A DNA stretch of 64,000 nucleotides from an uncultured Planctomycetota bacterium (GCA_963737655.1 CAVTTN010000002.1:7136001-7200000), one strand, 5' to 3'. Counted from the first letter of the stretch, positions 1 through 11,141 are shown. A program made the numbers and translations. The notes: generated by a model from the sequence alone, not told the origin.

Positions 1-400
1 CATGGAGATCCTGTCCCACCTCCGCCCGGAGTTCCTCGACGCTCGTCTGGATCGCACTCACATTCGCGCGGCCGAGTGCGTCGATGAACTCGACGCGGGT
101 CAGCCCGGCGATCTCGGCCCCTTTGCCCTGCGAGATCCAACCCCGATCGTACCAGAAGATGGCCGCGGACAGTCGCAACGCGCGGGCGAAATCCTCGTCG
201 TCGCTCGTCACCGGGAGATCGATGTCGTCGGGCAGTTCGATCGTGATCGTCTTCGTGGTGCGCCTCCCCGTCTCGATGATAATCCCGGCCCCTTCCCGCG
301 GGCGAGTTCCGCCTCCAGGTCTTCCTCGCCCACGTAGGACCACGGCACCTCGTGGCGCTTCCACGAACTCTTCCGGCACGTCGAGGCTCACCGTCGCCAT
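1..400 (-). pseudogene. UPF0175-family protein(s), putative antitoxin of UPF0175/DUF3368 PIN pairs; an internally deleted first copy fused to a second copy; runs off the left edge
   Basis: Manual translation from ATG 400 gives MATVSLDVPEEFVE...TKTITIELPDDIDLPVTSDDEDFARALRLSAAIFWYDRGWISQGKGAEIAGLTRVEFIDALGRANVSAIQTSVEELRAEV, which has the UPF0175 ISxGKxAEIAGLxRxEF motif. An alternative frame holds a second UPF0175-like C-terminus, KRHEVPWSYVGEEDLEAELARG. Confidence 0.7.
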
Positions 401-416
401 GAAAACCTCCCCACGA

Positions 417-3400
417 TCAGAACCCCAGCCCCTTCTTCCGTGAGAGCACCCCATCCACCCAGCGCTTCTCCTCCGTCCCCGGAGGATAGAGGGCCGAGAA
501 GGATTGTGCCAGCTTCCAGAACCGGGTGTCGCCGCCGGCCCCCGATTCGGTGAGGAACGCCTTCAGCGCCTCGGCCCTCCCGGTGCCGAACAGGATCATC
601 GCCTGATGGACGCGGTCCAAAACGGTCGCGCCGGGCCTGGGCGGGCCGAAGTCGGCTCCCGGGCCGGCCGACGCGACGGGCGAGGCCACGTCCTCCATCC
701 CCGTGAGGAAGCCGGCCCGGGCCCTCGGCGGCTTCCTGGGCGGGGGGGCGGCCTGCCCCTCGCCCTTGCCGAAGAGGTGGCGGGCCCGTTCGGAGACCGG
801 GAGCAGGCGGGCCGTCTTCCCCTTGACCTCGACCACGCTCGTCAGGCTCTCGAGGTTCGCCCCGAGGCCCTGGGCGATCTTCCTCGCCGCGTCGAATTCC
901 AGGCCGAAGCCCTCGGCCTTCGAGGCCCGGCCGTCGGGTTCCTCGTCGTCGGCGTCCGGCTCCTCGTCGGGCCCGTCGTCCGGGGCGGGGCGACCGCCCG
1001 AATCGGTCGCGCCGGTGGACAGGGTCCAGAGCCACATGGCGGTCAGGCGGGCGTCGGCCTTCAGGCCGCCCGCGTCGGCTTCCTTGAAGATCAGGGAGAG
1101 CGCCTCGTTGGAGACGGCCGCCCAGACCTCGACCAGATACTCCTTGAGCGAGACCGCATCGCCGCTGGCCTTCTCGACGCGCGAGTATCGGGAGAAGACC
1201 TCCAGCGCCGGGCCGAGGCAGGAGAAGATGGCGTCCGCCCCGACGACCCCCTCCGCGGCCAGCCGCGGCATCCACTCGTGAATCCGGCGGGGCAGTTCCT
1301 GGAGCACGTCGCGCCAGTCGCCGACCTCGTCCGTCCGAATCGAGCCGTCGGGATGTTCGCGCGGGCGGCAGACGAGATGGACCGACGATGCCAGCCGCGC
1401 CTGCCCCTGGGCGGCGACACGGGTTTCCATCTCGGTGTCGATCGGCCAGGAGCCCGTGATGATGAACCCGGCATCAATGACGGCCTGGAGAATCGCCTCC
1501 CACGAAGCCGTGGTCTTGCTGGCGAAGACGATCGTCCCCACTCCCGACGGGGCGAGCACGCGACGGCCCTCCGCGAACGCCTGGTCAGTTCGCTCTCATA
1601 GAAGGCGATGTCCTTGGTGCTCTTGCTGAGTTGGTGCGGGCAATCGACGACGATCTCGGCATCCTTGGGGACGCCACCTTCGCGGAAGAGTCACGGGTGG
1701 CCATCCGCCAGCGTGCGACGCATCGAGACGTAGAAGAAATCGGAGAGATAGGCGTAGGGGACAGCGTCGTAATGTGGCGGATCGGTGACGAAGGCTGACG
1801 CGGCGTCGTCCGGGAGTGGATTGTTGGTCGCTGAGGCTTGCTCGACGTGACCCTGCGACCCAGATGTGTCACCCATTACTTAAAGCAGTTGTGACGATCG
1901 ATCGACATACACGTCGAATCCCCCACTTGCACCGCCAGTCGGTACTCCCTCGCTGAAGTCCCAACACATGCAGATAGCCTGTCGTGCAAAGAGTTGGCGC
2001 GGACATTGCGCAATAGGCTCCCAGCGGCTCAAGGTATTGCCCAAGTCTGTTCGTTTACACACCTGCATAGCAAGTATGGTAGTCACTGCCTCCGCGAGCC
2101 CCGGATCGGACCCCCTGGCTCGCGTGAGGCGCTCACACACCTCGCGCACGAGTCGCGCGAGGGTGGTCAGTGCGAGGGCTTGACGGGGAGAGAAGAGGTC
2201 GCCCCAACGCTCCATGCCATAGATCGGAACGCTCACCCGACGTAGCTCGTTTAATGAGATCACTTCGTCGGGGACCAGGCTCCGCCGACTGCCCCGACCG
2301 GCCTCGACTCCTTCTCCCTCCCGCCGCCCCTTCCTCGATCGCTCGGCTCCGTCTTCCTTCTCGCGCCGCTCCAGTTCCGCCGCCGCGGCGTCGAACGCCT
2401 CCTGATCGCCCTTCGTCGGCAGTCGGTAGAATCTCCCTTGCTCCGACTTCCGCGTGGTGACGACGCAGAACAGGCGGCTGTCGGCGGCTCCCCCCCGGCG
2501 GGCCTTGAGCTGCGCCCGACTCGCTCAACCCTGATGGTGAAGCCGGAGACCGGGCAGGTGGCGCTGCCCCGGGCCACGGTCCCGCCCCCCACGTCGGACT
2601 CCTTCGCGGGCTCGAAGATCTCCAGGAGGGGCCGCCGCACTCGCTTGAGGACTCGCTGTCCGTCCTCGACGTAGGCGACCTCGACGGTCTCGGTCTGGAC
2701 GACGCCCTTATCGTCGCGGACCCACCGCAAGGCGCGCCGTCGCCCGGCCTTCTTGGCGAGCCATAGCGACCGCATGAGCGGCACCTCGACGGGGGCGTCG
2801 CCCTCGCCGGGGGCTTCGGAGAGGATCGTCCGCGCCCAGAGCTAGGCGATGGGCGTCGATCCGTCCGGGTCGTCGGGATAGAACCGGGCCAGCTCCTTCT
2901 CGGCCTCGCGCTTGATCCTCTCGCCCCACGTCCGCACCTCGTCGGCGAGGCGCTGGCCGTACCTGGGGATGTACTCCAGGACGACCTTGCTGAGCAGGAC
3001 GGGGATGGGGTTCAGGTCGCTGGCGCCGACGCGGAGGGCCTCCAGGGGGATCGAGCCGCCGGCGAACGGGTCGACGACCAGGGGCCGGGAGCCGGGGGCG
3101 CCGCCGAGCGACTCGTGGGCGGCCCGGGTCAGGGCTCGGCTGGCTTCGAGGTAGGCGGGGACCGTGGAGTTGTCCCAGTTGGCGAAGTCGGCGATGAAGT
3201 CCAGGAGGGCGAACCGGAGCTTGTTGAGGTGGATCGGGTCGGACGTATCGAAGCCGAGCCCCTGGTCGGCCGCCCGGACGATCCCCTCCCACTGGCCGAA
3301 CGACTCGACCGACGCCGAGGCATGGAGGGCCGCCTTGTGGACGACCGTCGAGGCGAACCGCGAGAGGACGTCCGCCGCGGCGTCGCGGAACGCCTGCGGG

Positions 3401-3594
3401 CAGAGGGGATCGGCCGGGTCGGGCCAGAGCGAAGCACAGATCACGGCCCGGCAAGCCGCCAGGGGCCGCCGAGCCCACCAGATATGAAGGGTCGAGATAT
3501 GGCCATGCCGGATCGACTTCTCGCGCCGGGCGTGGGCGCTGATCCGCCGGATGGGGAGATCGACCTCGATCAGGCGCTTGGGGTAGACGGGCAT
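417..3594 (-). pseudogene. DUF1156-domain adenine-specific DNA methyltransferase, broken by nonsense codons and frameshifts
   Basis: N-terminus MPVYPKRLIEVDLPI...RHGHISTLHIWWARRPLAACRA (DUF1156), motif I DPFAGGSIPLEA, motif IV FVTDPPHYDAVPY, C-terminus WPIDTEM...LASSVHLVCRPR. Split over ORFs 2842-3705, 2260-2784, 1880-2263, 1691-1876 and 417-1559. In-frame TAG at 2842-2844 and TAA at 1880-1882. Confidence 0.88.
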
Positions 3595-3746
3595 GGTGGA
3601 CAAAATTCCGGGAAACACGATGACGAATGTGTCGATCGCCGAAACGCAAACCCTTTCCGCCGAACAACCTTTGCTTCCCGAGTCTAATCCTAACGGCGGG
3701 TTCATGGCGATGGCGATTCGCCGTGAGAAGCGCCGTTAGCCCGCGG

Positions 3747-3977
3747 TTAGAAGCGTTTTCTCTCTTGTCTGCCAGGACATAGGACGTCCAGCGGCCTCGC
3801 GCCAGTCACGGCCCCGTCGTCCTCGATGCCGATCGGGAGATGTCCGCTCGAGGAATTCGCCAGGGCCACGACTTCCTCGTCGATCTCCTGATAAGTCAAA
3901 CGGCCGCGGTCCGACTGGAACTCGCATTCGAGCGATTCCCCCGCGGCGATCGCCCGGGCGAGTTGAGGAGCCTCCAT
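3747..3977 (-). pseudogene. AlbA_2 (Schlafen-like) DNA-binding protein remnant, internally deleted
   Basis: MEAPQLARAIAAGESLECEFQSDRGRLTYQEIDEEVVALANSSSGHLPIGIEDDGAVTG matches the AlbA_2 pattern (E-F-K ... A-x-A-N ... GxxDDG). Its start overlaps the helicase stop (TGATG). It joins directly to a C-terminal-like RWTSYVL segment. Confidence 0.7.
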
Positions 3978-6758
3978 CACGACACCGCCTCGCGGATCGC
4001 GTCCGGGCCGATGTGGTAGTGCTCGACCTGGACCACGGGGGTCCAGCCCAGCTTCGCGGGGTCCTGGATCGTGTGAAGTTGCGGCGACCCGGCGCAATTG
4101 AAGACCGCGTAGAGCCAGTAGTCCGCCCTCAGCCGCCCGGCGGTCTTGTACTCGTTGGCCGTCAGGGCGATCTCGCCGACGCCCGCCCGGCCCTTGACCT
4201 CGATGAATCGGACCTCGATGAACGTCCTGGCGTCCTCGGGGTGGGGCCGACGGGAGATCAGGTCGAAGCCGCGGTTGTCGGCCTCGACGCTCTCGACCTG
4301 GAAGCCCCTGGCCTCCTCGGACCTGGTGGCGACCTCGACGGCGATCCGCTCGACCTCCTCGTCGCGGACCATCGGGGCGAGCCGGGGCGTCGTCCGCTCG
4401 GGGTGGGGCAGGACCCACGCCCGGCCCAGGTGGGCGATGTCGGCGATCGTGCAGTGCCGCTCCATCTCCAGCTCGCGGAGCCGAGCGTCCAGCCGCTCAT
4501 TGAGGCGGTCGAGGTGCCCCTCGGCCTGCGAGATCAGGCCGTCGAGCCCGGGGACGTTCTGCCCCTCGACCTGGCGGTTCAGGAAGTCGGCCAGTTGGAG
4601 GTTCTGGCGGTCGATCAAGGTCCGGAGCGAGATCTCGACGTGGCGGCGGACCATGTCGTTCCGGTGCTCGCGTTCCTCGGTGACTTCGGCCAGGAACGGC
4701 TGCAACGCCCGCTCCAGGAGCGCCCGCTCGACGGCCTGGCGGTCGGGGAGCGCGTCGTCGTCGGGGATGGCCGAGCCGGGCGAGGCGGGGACCAGGCCGT
4801 CCAGGAACACCGTCGGCTGGCGGACGGCGATCCCGCCCGAGAGGTCGCACTCGACGACGAAGAGCCGCCGGTGGAGGCAGTCGCCGCGCCCGTCCTTGAT
4901 CGAGGCGGCGAAGGCGTCGAGCCGGGCGGGCTCCTTGCGCTGGAGGTCGTGGAAGACCGCCCCCCGCCGCAGGTGGTCGGCCACGCGGTCGATGACATCC
5001 TCGCGGACGACCTCGAAGAGCGGGTGGCCGGGCGTGACCCACTCCAGGGTGGGGTCGGCGGGGAGGAGGGCCTTGTCGAAGGCCACCTTGGGATAGTCGC
5101 CGCCCAACCGCCCGAACCGGGGCTCCAGCCGCTGGCCGATCGCGACCAGGGGCCGGGGGAGCTTCCCGACGCGGTAGACGTGCCCGCCCTTGCCCGTCGC
5201 CTTCGGGTGGACCCCCGAGACCGGGGCCGCCTGGACGAAGAAGTCCTCGATGACCTCGGGGACCAGCCGCCGCTCCCGCGCCTCGACCGACTCGCCGACG
5301 ATGGCCGAGAGGTTGAGTTCCTTCCTGGCCAGCCCCTCCAGGGTGGAGTCGGTGATCGCCCGGAACCGCTCGGGGTTCACGTCGCGGACGATCCGGGCCT
5401 CGATGTCCGGGACGTTGGTGCGGCGGGTGTAGAGGTCGCGGAACAGCCGCTCCAGGAGGTTGCCGGGGAAGACCTCGCCGACCACGTCGAAGACCTGATC
5501 GGTGCCGAGTTCCTTGCGGATCTCGCGGAGCCGCTCCAGGAGCTTGGCGAGCACCCGCCCCTCGTTGGTGTTGACCGCCACGAAGTTGAAGATCAGGCAG
5601 TCGTGCTCCTGGCCGTAGCGGTGGATGCGCCCCATCCGCTGCTCCAGCCGGACCGGGTTCCACGGGATGTCCACGTTGACCATGACGTGGCAGAACTGGA
5701 GGTTGATCCCCTCGCCCGCCGCCTCGGTGACCACGAGGACCTGGGCGTGCTCGCGGAACTCGCGCTCGGCATGGATGCGGCTGCCCGGCGTGTCGCGGTC
5801 GCCGATCTTCATCCCGCCGTGGATCTGGGTGACCGACAGCCCCCACTCGCGGAGCTTGCCAAGCGGCCTGCCGTCCTTGCCGTCGCCCGCCAGGGAATCG
5901 AGGGTGTCCTTGTGCTCGGTGAACAGCAGGAGCTTGGTCGAGGGGTCGGTGAACGCCCCGATATCGGTCAGGACGCGCCGGAGTTCCGCGAGCTTGGTGC
6001 CGACGCCCCGCGCCTCCAGCCCGCGGGCCTGAGCGATCAGGGCGGCCAGCCGGGAGATGCCCTCGCGGAGGACGGCCGGGTCGACCGAGATGACCTCGTC
6101 CTCCAGCCGGGAGAGGAGTTCGGCCTGCTCGTCGTCGGGGAGTTCGTCGAAGTCGTCGGGGATGCGCCGCTCGATCCTCTGCCTGCGGTACGCCTCCGGG
6201 TCGGCCAGGATGTCCTCGCGCTTCGCCCTCATCTGCTCCAGCGATCGCCGGACGGCGTAGATGCTCGACGCCATGCGTCGCTGGAGCATCGCCATGATGA
6301 ATCCGACGGCCCGCCCCGCCGCCGAGTCGTCGGCCGAGGCCCGGATCGACTGGTCCTCGACGTAGCGTGTCAGGGCGTCGTAGAAGTCGAACTCCTCGGC
6401 GTTCAGGTCGAACGTGGTCGTCTTGACCTCGCGCTTCGTGAAGAGCTTCTTGACCTCCCCGCTGTCCGGGTCGGGGAAGGAGACGAGGGACTCCTTGGTC
6501 CTCCGCAGGTAGAACGGTGCGGTCCCCCGCCTCATGGCGTCTTCGAGGCTCTTGACGCTGCCGTACACGTCCTTGTCGAGCAGGGCGAGGAACCGGCAGA
6601 AGTTCTCGGCGTCCCCCTTGTGAGGCGTGGCCGTCATGAGCAGGAAGTGGTCGGTCATCGACGACAGGGACTCGCCCAGGCGGTAGGCGAGCGTCTTGCG
6701 GTCGTCGGCGTAGGCGCTCATCTTGTGCGCCTCGTCCACGATGATCAGGTCCCAGTGC
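3977..6758 (-). pseudogene. SNF2-family helicase with C-terminal DUF3883 (PD-(D/E)XK) nuclease domain; N-terminus including Walker A is missing
   Basis: WDLIIVDEAH (motif II), MTATPH (III), TEAAGEGINLQ (V), PWNPVRLEQRMGRIHRYGQ (VI), C-terminal GFDLISR...FIEVKGR...LTANE. The 5' end is replaced by IS66 sequence at about 6758. Confidence 0.88.
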
Positions 6759-8294
6759 GGAAGCGGCTCGTCGTCGTGCCCCACGATGCGCCTCCAACCA
6801 AGCGTCGGGCAGGAGCTCGCCGAGCGCCTTCCAGGGATGCGTCGGCAGCCGTTCCAGGACGTCGTTGAAGTAGGCGAACGGATCAATTTGGTGACGCTTG
6901 CCACTGGCCACAAAGCTGTACAACGTCGCCGCCGTCCGGCCACCTCGGTCGCTCCCGACGACCAGGTAGTTCTTGCGCCCGATGGCTTGAGCACGCAGAC
7001 CCCGCTCCGACACGTTGTTGTCGATGCTCAACTCGCCGTCGCGGGTGTAGGTCTGGAGATCGTCCCACTGATTTCGCGCATAAGACATCGCTTGACCGAC
7101 CGGACTCTTGGGCAGAATTCTTCGACTCTGCTCGTCCAACCATTCACCGAACGCTTTCAAAAGTGGGACCGCATCCCGTTGTCGGAGCGCACGGCGTTCT
7201 TCGGCCGCGAGATCGACACACGCCCTCTCGATCTCGTAGAGTTGCCCGATCCGAGCCAGTACTTGGTGAGCCGGTAACGGAGCGGTGTGCCGGGCGTCGT
7301 AGAACTTGCGAGGGACGTGAGCCCAGCAGGCCACGCGAATCACGTCCGCCCCGGCGCGGAGCCGATCGTACCCGGCGAAGGCCTCGGCCTGGAGATGACC
7401 CGAAAAGCCTTCGAGGAACCGTTCGGGACCGTCGCGGGTGTGACGCGGCGTGAAGTCGTACACGCAATAGGGATTCCCGGCGTCGCCGAGATAGACCCAG
7501 AACCGCCCGGTCGGCGTCCTCGGGAGCGTCGGGTCCCAGACCGGAACCGTGGCGTCATCGGTCCAGATGATCCGCGAGCCACGGACTCGCCTGATCATCA
7601 GGTTGTAGGGCGGTGTGAACAACTCGGCGGATTGGGCCAGCCAGCCGAAGAGCATACTCCGCGAGATCGTCACGCCGTGATGCGCCAGGATCTGCTACTG
7701 GCGGTAGAGCGGCAGATGGTAGGCGAACTTGTTGGTGTTCACGTGGGCCAGGAGACCCGGGCCGGCCAACCCCTTGTCGATCGGCTGAGGTGGTTTGGAC
7801 GGAATCGCGACATGCTCCTGGCACGATCGGCAAGCGTACTTGCGACGGATGAATAGCGAGGCCGGGACGTAGTCCAACTGCTCGGAGATTTCGTCGTCGA
7901 AGTGGGCGCGAAGCCCGCCGCAACCCGGGCAGGCCCGCTCCCGCTCGGTGGGTTCGATGACGACCGGCACGCGAGGCAGATGCTCGGGGAGCGTCTGCCG
8001 ACCGCGACGCTTCCAGGTGCGCTTCGGCTTCTCGGGACCTTCGGGCTCGGCGTCGGCGTCGGCGTCTTGCGGCGAGGCTGACTCGTCGCCCTCGTCGGTG
8101 AAGAGCCGTAACAGGTTCGGATCGAGGCGCTCGCTGCGCGGGCCCTACTTCTGACGCAGCAGGACAACCATCGCGTGTTCGAGCTTCTCGATCCGCCGCT
8201 GAGCCCTGTCGAGGGAGTCCACCTGCTGGCGGATCAACTCATGACAGAGGGCCAAGTCGTTGGGGAGTTCAACCTCGGCGTCATTTATGCGCAT
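6759..8294 (-). mobile_element. tnpC: IS66-family TnpC transposase pseudogene
   Basis: Coiled-coil N-terminus then (Y>TAG)GPRSERL, zinc finger CPGCGG..YACRSC, KFAYHLPLYRQ, CWAHVPRKF, IDNNVSERGLR..AIGRKNYL, DPFAYFNDVL. In-frame stops at 8145-8147 and 7695-7697. Confidence 0.9.
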
Positions 8295-8490
8295 ATTACA
8301 TGCGCAATCACGTGTCCGACTGGGGGCCGACCCCGAGAAGTCCGCGAGTGATGCGGGATCGCGGACGTAGCGCGGTCGTCGCTTGACGCTCCGGAGATCG
8401 ACGCCATCGAGCAGCATGATCATGTCGGTCGCGTTGACCGTCACGCGGGTCGCGTCGGCGGCGCTCGGAGCAGGGAAACGGAACGTGCCT
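8295..8490 (-). pseudogene. tnpB: IS66 TnpB accessory protein, C-terminal fragment
   Basis: GTFRFP...VNATDMIMLLDGVDLRSVKRRPRY is the typical C-terminus of IS66 TnpB, and it lies immediately upstream of tnpC. Confidence 0.75.
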
Positions 8491-9075
8491 TACCACCTCC
8501 ACCGCGCGGCCCTTCTCGCGTCGCTTCCACACGGTCGCGTAGCAGGTCTCGGCCGAGACGACCTTCGCCGGCTTGGTCGGCCGGTCCGGCCCCTTACGCC
8601 TCGGGCGGGGCGTCTCGACGCCGTGGAGCTGGCGGACCGCCATCTCATGCGGGGTACGCTCGTCGCTGGTCAGCAGCACATCGGCCCGTCCCCCGGTCCG
8701 ATCGTGGACCTGGCGGATCAGCCGCTCTCGGGCCTCGTCGTCGCGCTGGCTGAGCGCCAGGGCCAGGAGCGAGCTGCTCTCGGGATCGACCGCCGTGTGG
8801 TCCCAGTCGTCGCCGCGCAGCCGGTCCAGAGGTTTGGCCGGGTCGCACGACGCCTTCGCTTGATAGACTTACCCCAATCGCTCGTCGACCGGGACCTCAC
8901 GGGTCAGGGGAAAGAGCTACGAGTTCATCGTGGAGTTTCTCGGCGTGGGGGCCGGCCTTGGCCAGGTAGCGGATGACGATGTCCTTGTCCGCATCGACCG
9001 GGCGGCCCGTGGACCGTGGACCGCGTCCCCCATCCTTTGCTGAGGTCGAGAGCGCGTTCTGGACGCCTCAGATTT
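8490..9075 (-). mobile_element. Degenerate DDE transposase remnant (IS1-like planctomycete family)
   Basis: Frame-shifted fragments DKDIVIRYLAKAGPHAEKLHDELVALS, GDDWDHTAVDPESSSLLAL, GRADVLLTSDE and CYATVWKRREKGRAVEVVR. Confidence 0.55.
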
Positions 9076-9511
9076 CGCCGCCCAGCCAGACGACGTTCTT
9101 CAGTCCCCTGACCAGCCACGACCCGGCCATCGCCTAACCCCGCCGGTTCTGGGCGCCGGCCGCCCCATGGGAGGTCAGGACGCTTGGGCGGCCACGGCGG
9201 GACCGGCATGCCGCTGCCTGGGCCGCCTCCGGCCCCAGGCGGTCCCGCCGCCGAGCCGGGACCGGCCCTCGGGGACCGGGCGGTGGACAGGACGGTCGCC
9301 GGGACCCCGCCCGAGGGCTGCGTCGAACCGGCCCAGCAGGTCCTCGATCGCCCGTCGGAGCCGTTCGATCGCCTCACCAGGCCAACGGGCCGGTCGCCCT
9401 CCACGCCGGTCCTGCCCCCCGGACGCCTCTTGATCGACGTGCCGTCCCCGGTGACCGCCGGGGCCGCGCGGGGCGGCGAGGCGGCCCTCGCCCCCACGGG
9501 ATCCGGCCGAG

Positions 9512-9946
9512 TTACCCGGTCCTCTCCGGGCCCGCCACGGCCTGCTCCAGCCTAGCCAGGGCCCTGCCGAGCAGGTCCGCCGGAACGAACTCCGCCAGCA
9601 CCGCCACCACCCGATTGACCACGAACGCCACCGCCTCCGGCGACGCCGCCGACCCCTTCGCCTCCAGGGCCGCCTTGCGCTCGGCCCTCGCCCGCAGCGA
9701 CTCGTCGATCTTGTCCTGGCGGGCCAGGTACGCCACCGCCGCCTTCAGGGCCAGGTGGCCGTCTTCGGACTCCACCAACTCCACCAGCCGCTCCGACGAC
9801 CGGCCGGCCGCCTGCCGGCTCGCCTCCGCCACCGCCTCGCGGAACCCGGTGTCCTCCCGCAGTTCCCGCTTCAGCGTCGAATAGCTCGTCCCGGCCACCC
9901 GGGCGGCCCGCACCCGCCCCGAACCCCGCTCCAACTGGCCCAGCAC
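9512..9946 (-). CDS. HTH protein resembling a terminase small subunit; the true start may lie further upstream near 10027
   Basis: RVRAARVAGTSYSTLKRELREDTGFREAVAEA (HTH followed by a DxxFREA helix) then ALKAAVAYL, a pattern seen in TerS-like proteins. Confidence 0.45.
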   Translation of the reverse strand: MLGQLERGSGRVRAARVAGTSYSTLKRELREDTGFREAVAEASRQAAGRSSERLVELVESEDGHLALKAAVAYLARQDKIDESLRARAERKAALEAKGSAASPEAVAFVVNRVVAVLAEFVPADLLGRALARLEQAVAGPERTG

Positions 9947-10022
9947 GATGGACCTCTGGGTTGGATCAAGCCGCCCCCGCAGCGGCCCCGAATCCTCCGC
10001 CTCGTCGAACCCGCCGATCGCG

Positions 10023-10447
10023 TCACTCGCCCCTTTCCGCCGGCCCTGGACCCTCGCCCCGGACCCCGCGACCCCCCTCGCGGCCCGGACCCCCCGGACC
10101 CTCCGGCCCGGGCCTCCCGGACCGCTCGGCCCGGTCGGCGCGGGCCCGGTCCAGCCGCTCCCTCCTCCGGTCCGCCTCGCCCCGCTCCCACGCCCGCTGC
10201 GACTCCTGGCGGTCCGACTCCAGCGACGCCGCCCGCCGGACCGCCCGCCGGGCCAGGTAGCTCAAGACCGCCGGCACGATCGCCAGGGCCGCGCAACGAT
10301 CGCCAGGGCCGCGCAGAGCAACGCCGCCCACCCCGACACCACCTGCGACTGGGCGAGCACCGCCGAACCCGACGCGCCGGCCGTCCCGGCCACCGTCAGC
10401 CACACCGACGCCGGCCCCGGGCCTAGGCCCGACGACATCCACGACAT
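10023..10447 (-). pseudogene. Small membrane protein (one or two TM segments plus charged tail), frameshifted by a 20-bp tandem duplication
   Basis: Removing one copy of ACGATCGCCAGGGCCGCGCA (10276-10295 and 10296-10315) restores MSWMSSGLG...WAALLCAALAIVPAVLSYLARRAVRRAASLESDRQE. Confidence 0.5.
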
Positions 10448-10512
10448 CCCCCACCCCCCTCCCCGCCAGGCCCCACCCGGACCGTGTGCTCGCCTCGGTG
10501 CGGGGACCGGGG

Positions 10513-10529
10513 GTGGAAGCCGCTTCCAC
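10513..10529. repeat. 17-bp palindrome, A-type, GTGGAAGCCGCTTCCAC
   Basis: Perfect 8-1-8 inverted repeat, intergenic; one member of a dispersed family. Confidence 0.9.
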
Positions 10530-10549
10530 CCGCGACGCGCCCGGCGACC

Positions 10550-10900
10550 TCAGACCCCGAGCCGGTCGAGCTCGCGGTCTGAGGTCGCCGCCAGGGCCCT
10601 CGCGCGGCCGGCGGCCGAGTGTCGGGGCGGGGCGGCCTCGCCGGCCTCCGCCGCCTTGACGTCCTCGAAGAACCGGTACAGGCCGGCCAACGTCACGCAC
10701 CGGGTCCCGCCGACATGAACGTAATCCAGCTTACCGCCGCAAGATCCGTTCATTCATCGATAGATCGTGGCGACGTGGGGCGGCCGGCCGCCGCGGCGGC
10801 GGGGCAAGTACCGGCACGCCTGCGCCGGCGTCATCAGGTCGTGCGGCCCCGGCACGGGGCGGTCGGCTCGGGGGAGGTCGGCGGGCTCGTCGATGCTCAT
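10550..10900 (-). pseudogene. DUF1580 domain protein (excisionase/AlpA-like HTH of planctomycete integrative elements), Trp codon replaced by TGA
   Basis: LMTPAQACRYLPRRRGGRPPHVATIYR*MNGSCGGKLDYVHVGGTRCVTLAGLYRFF...DRELDRLGV. TGA at 10754-10756 sits where the conserved W is expected. Confidence 0.75.
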
Positions 10901-11141
10901 CGTGCGAGTACCTCATCGGGTCGGGGTCGCGAGCGGGGTCCGATCGCCCCGATCCCCGGCCACGGCCCCCATCTTCGGGCCTCTCGCCGGGGCCGGGCAG
11001 AGGACGCGATCGGCCACGGACCCATGCGACGAGCCAGGCGGGCCCGGCCCCGCGGCCGTCCGGTGGGGCGTCCCCCGCGGGTCTGGACCCTGCGCTTCCC
11101 GCCGCCTCGGTCCCCGGCGGAACGCGCCTTCGAACCCTGGC

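Noticed and set aside
3688..3752. attC-like hairpin (TAAC...GTTAG), possible integron cassette
   Set aside because: Single copy, imperfect R boxes, no clear extrahelical bases and no IntI in the window.
4497..7673. 1058-aa ORF as a transposase fusion protein
   Set aside because: TnpC merely lost its stop and reads into an off-frame of the helicase.
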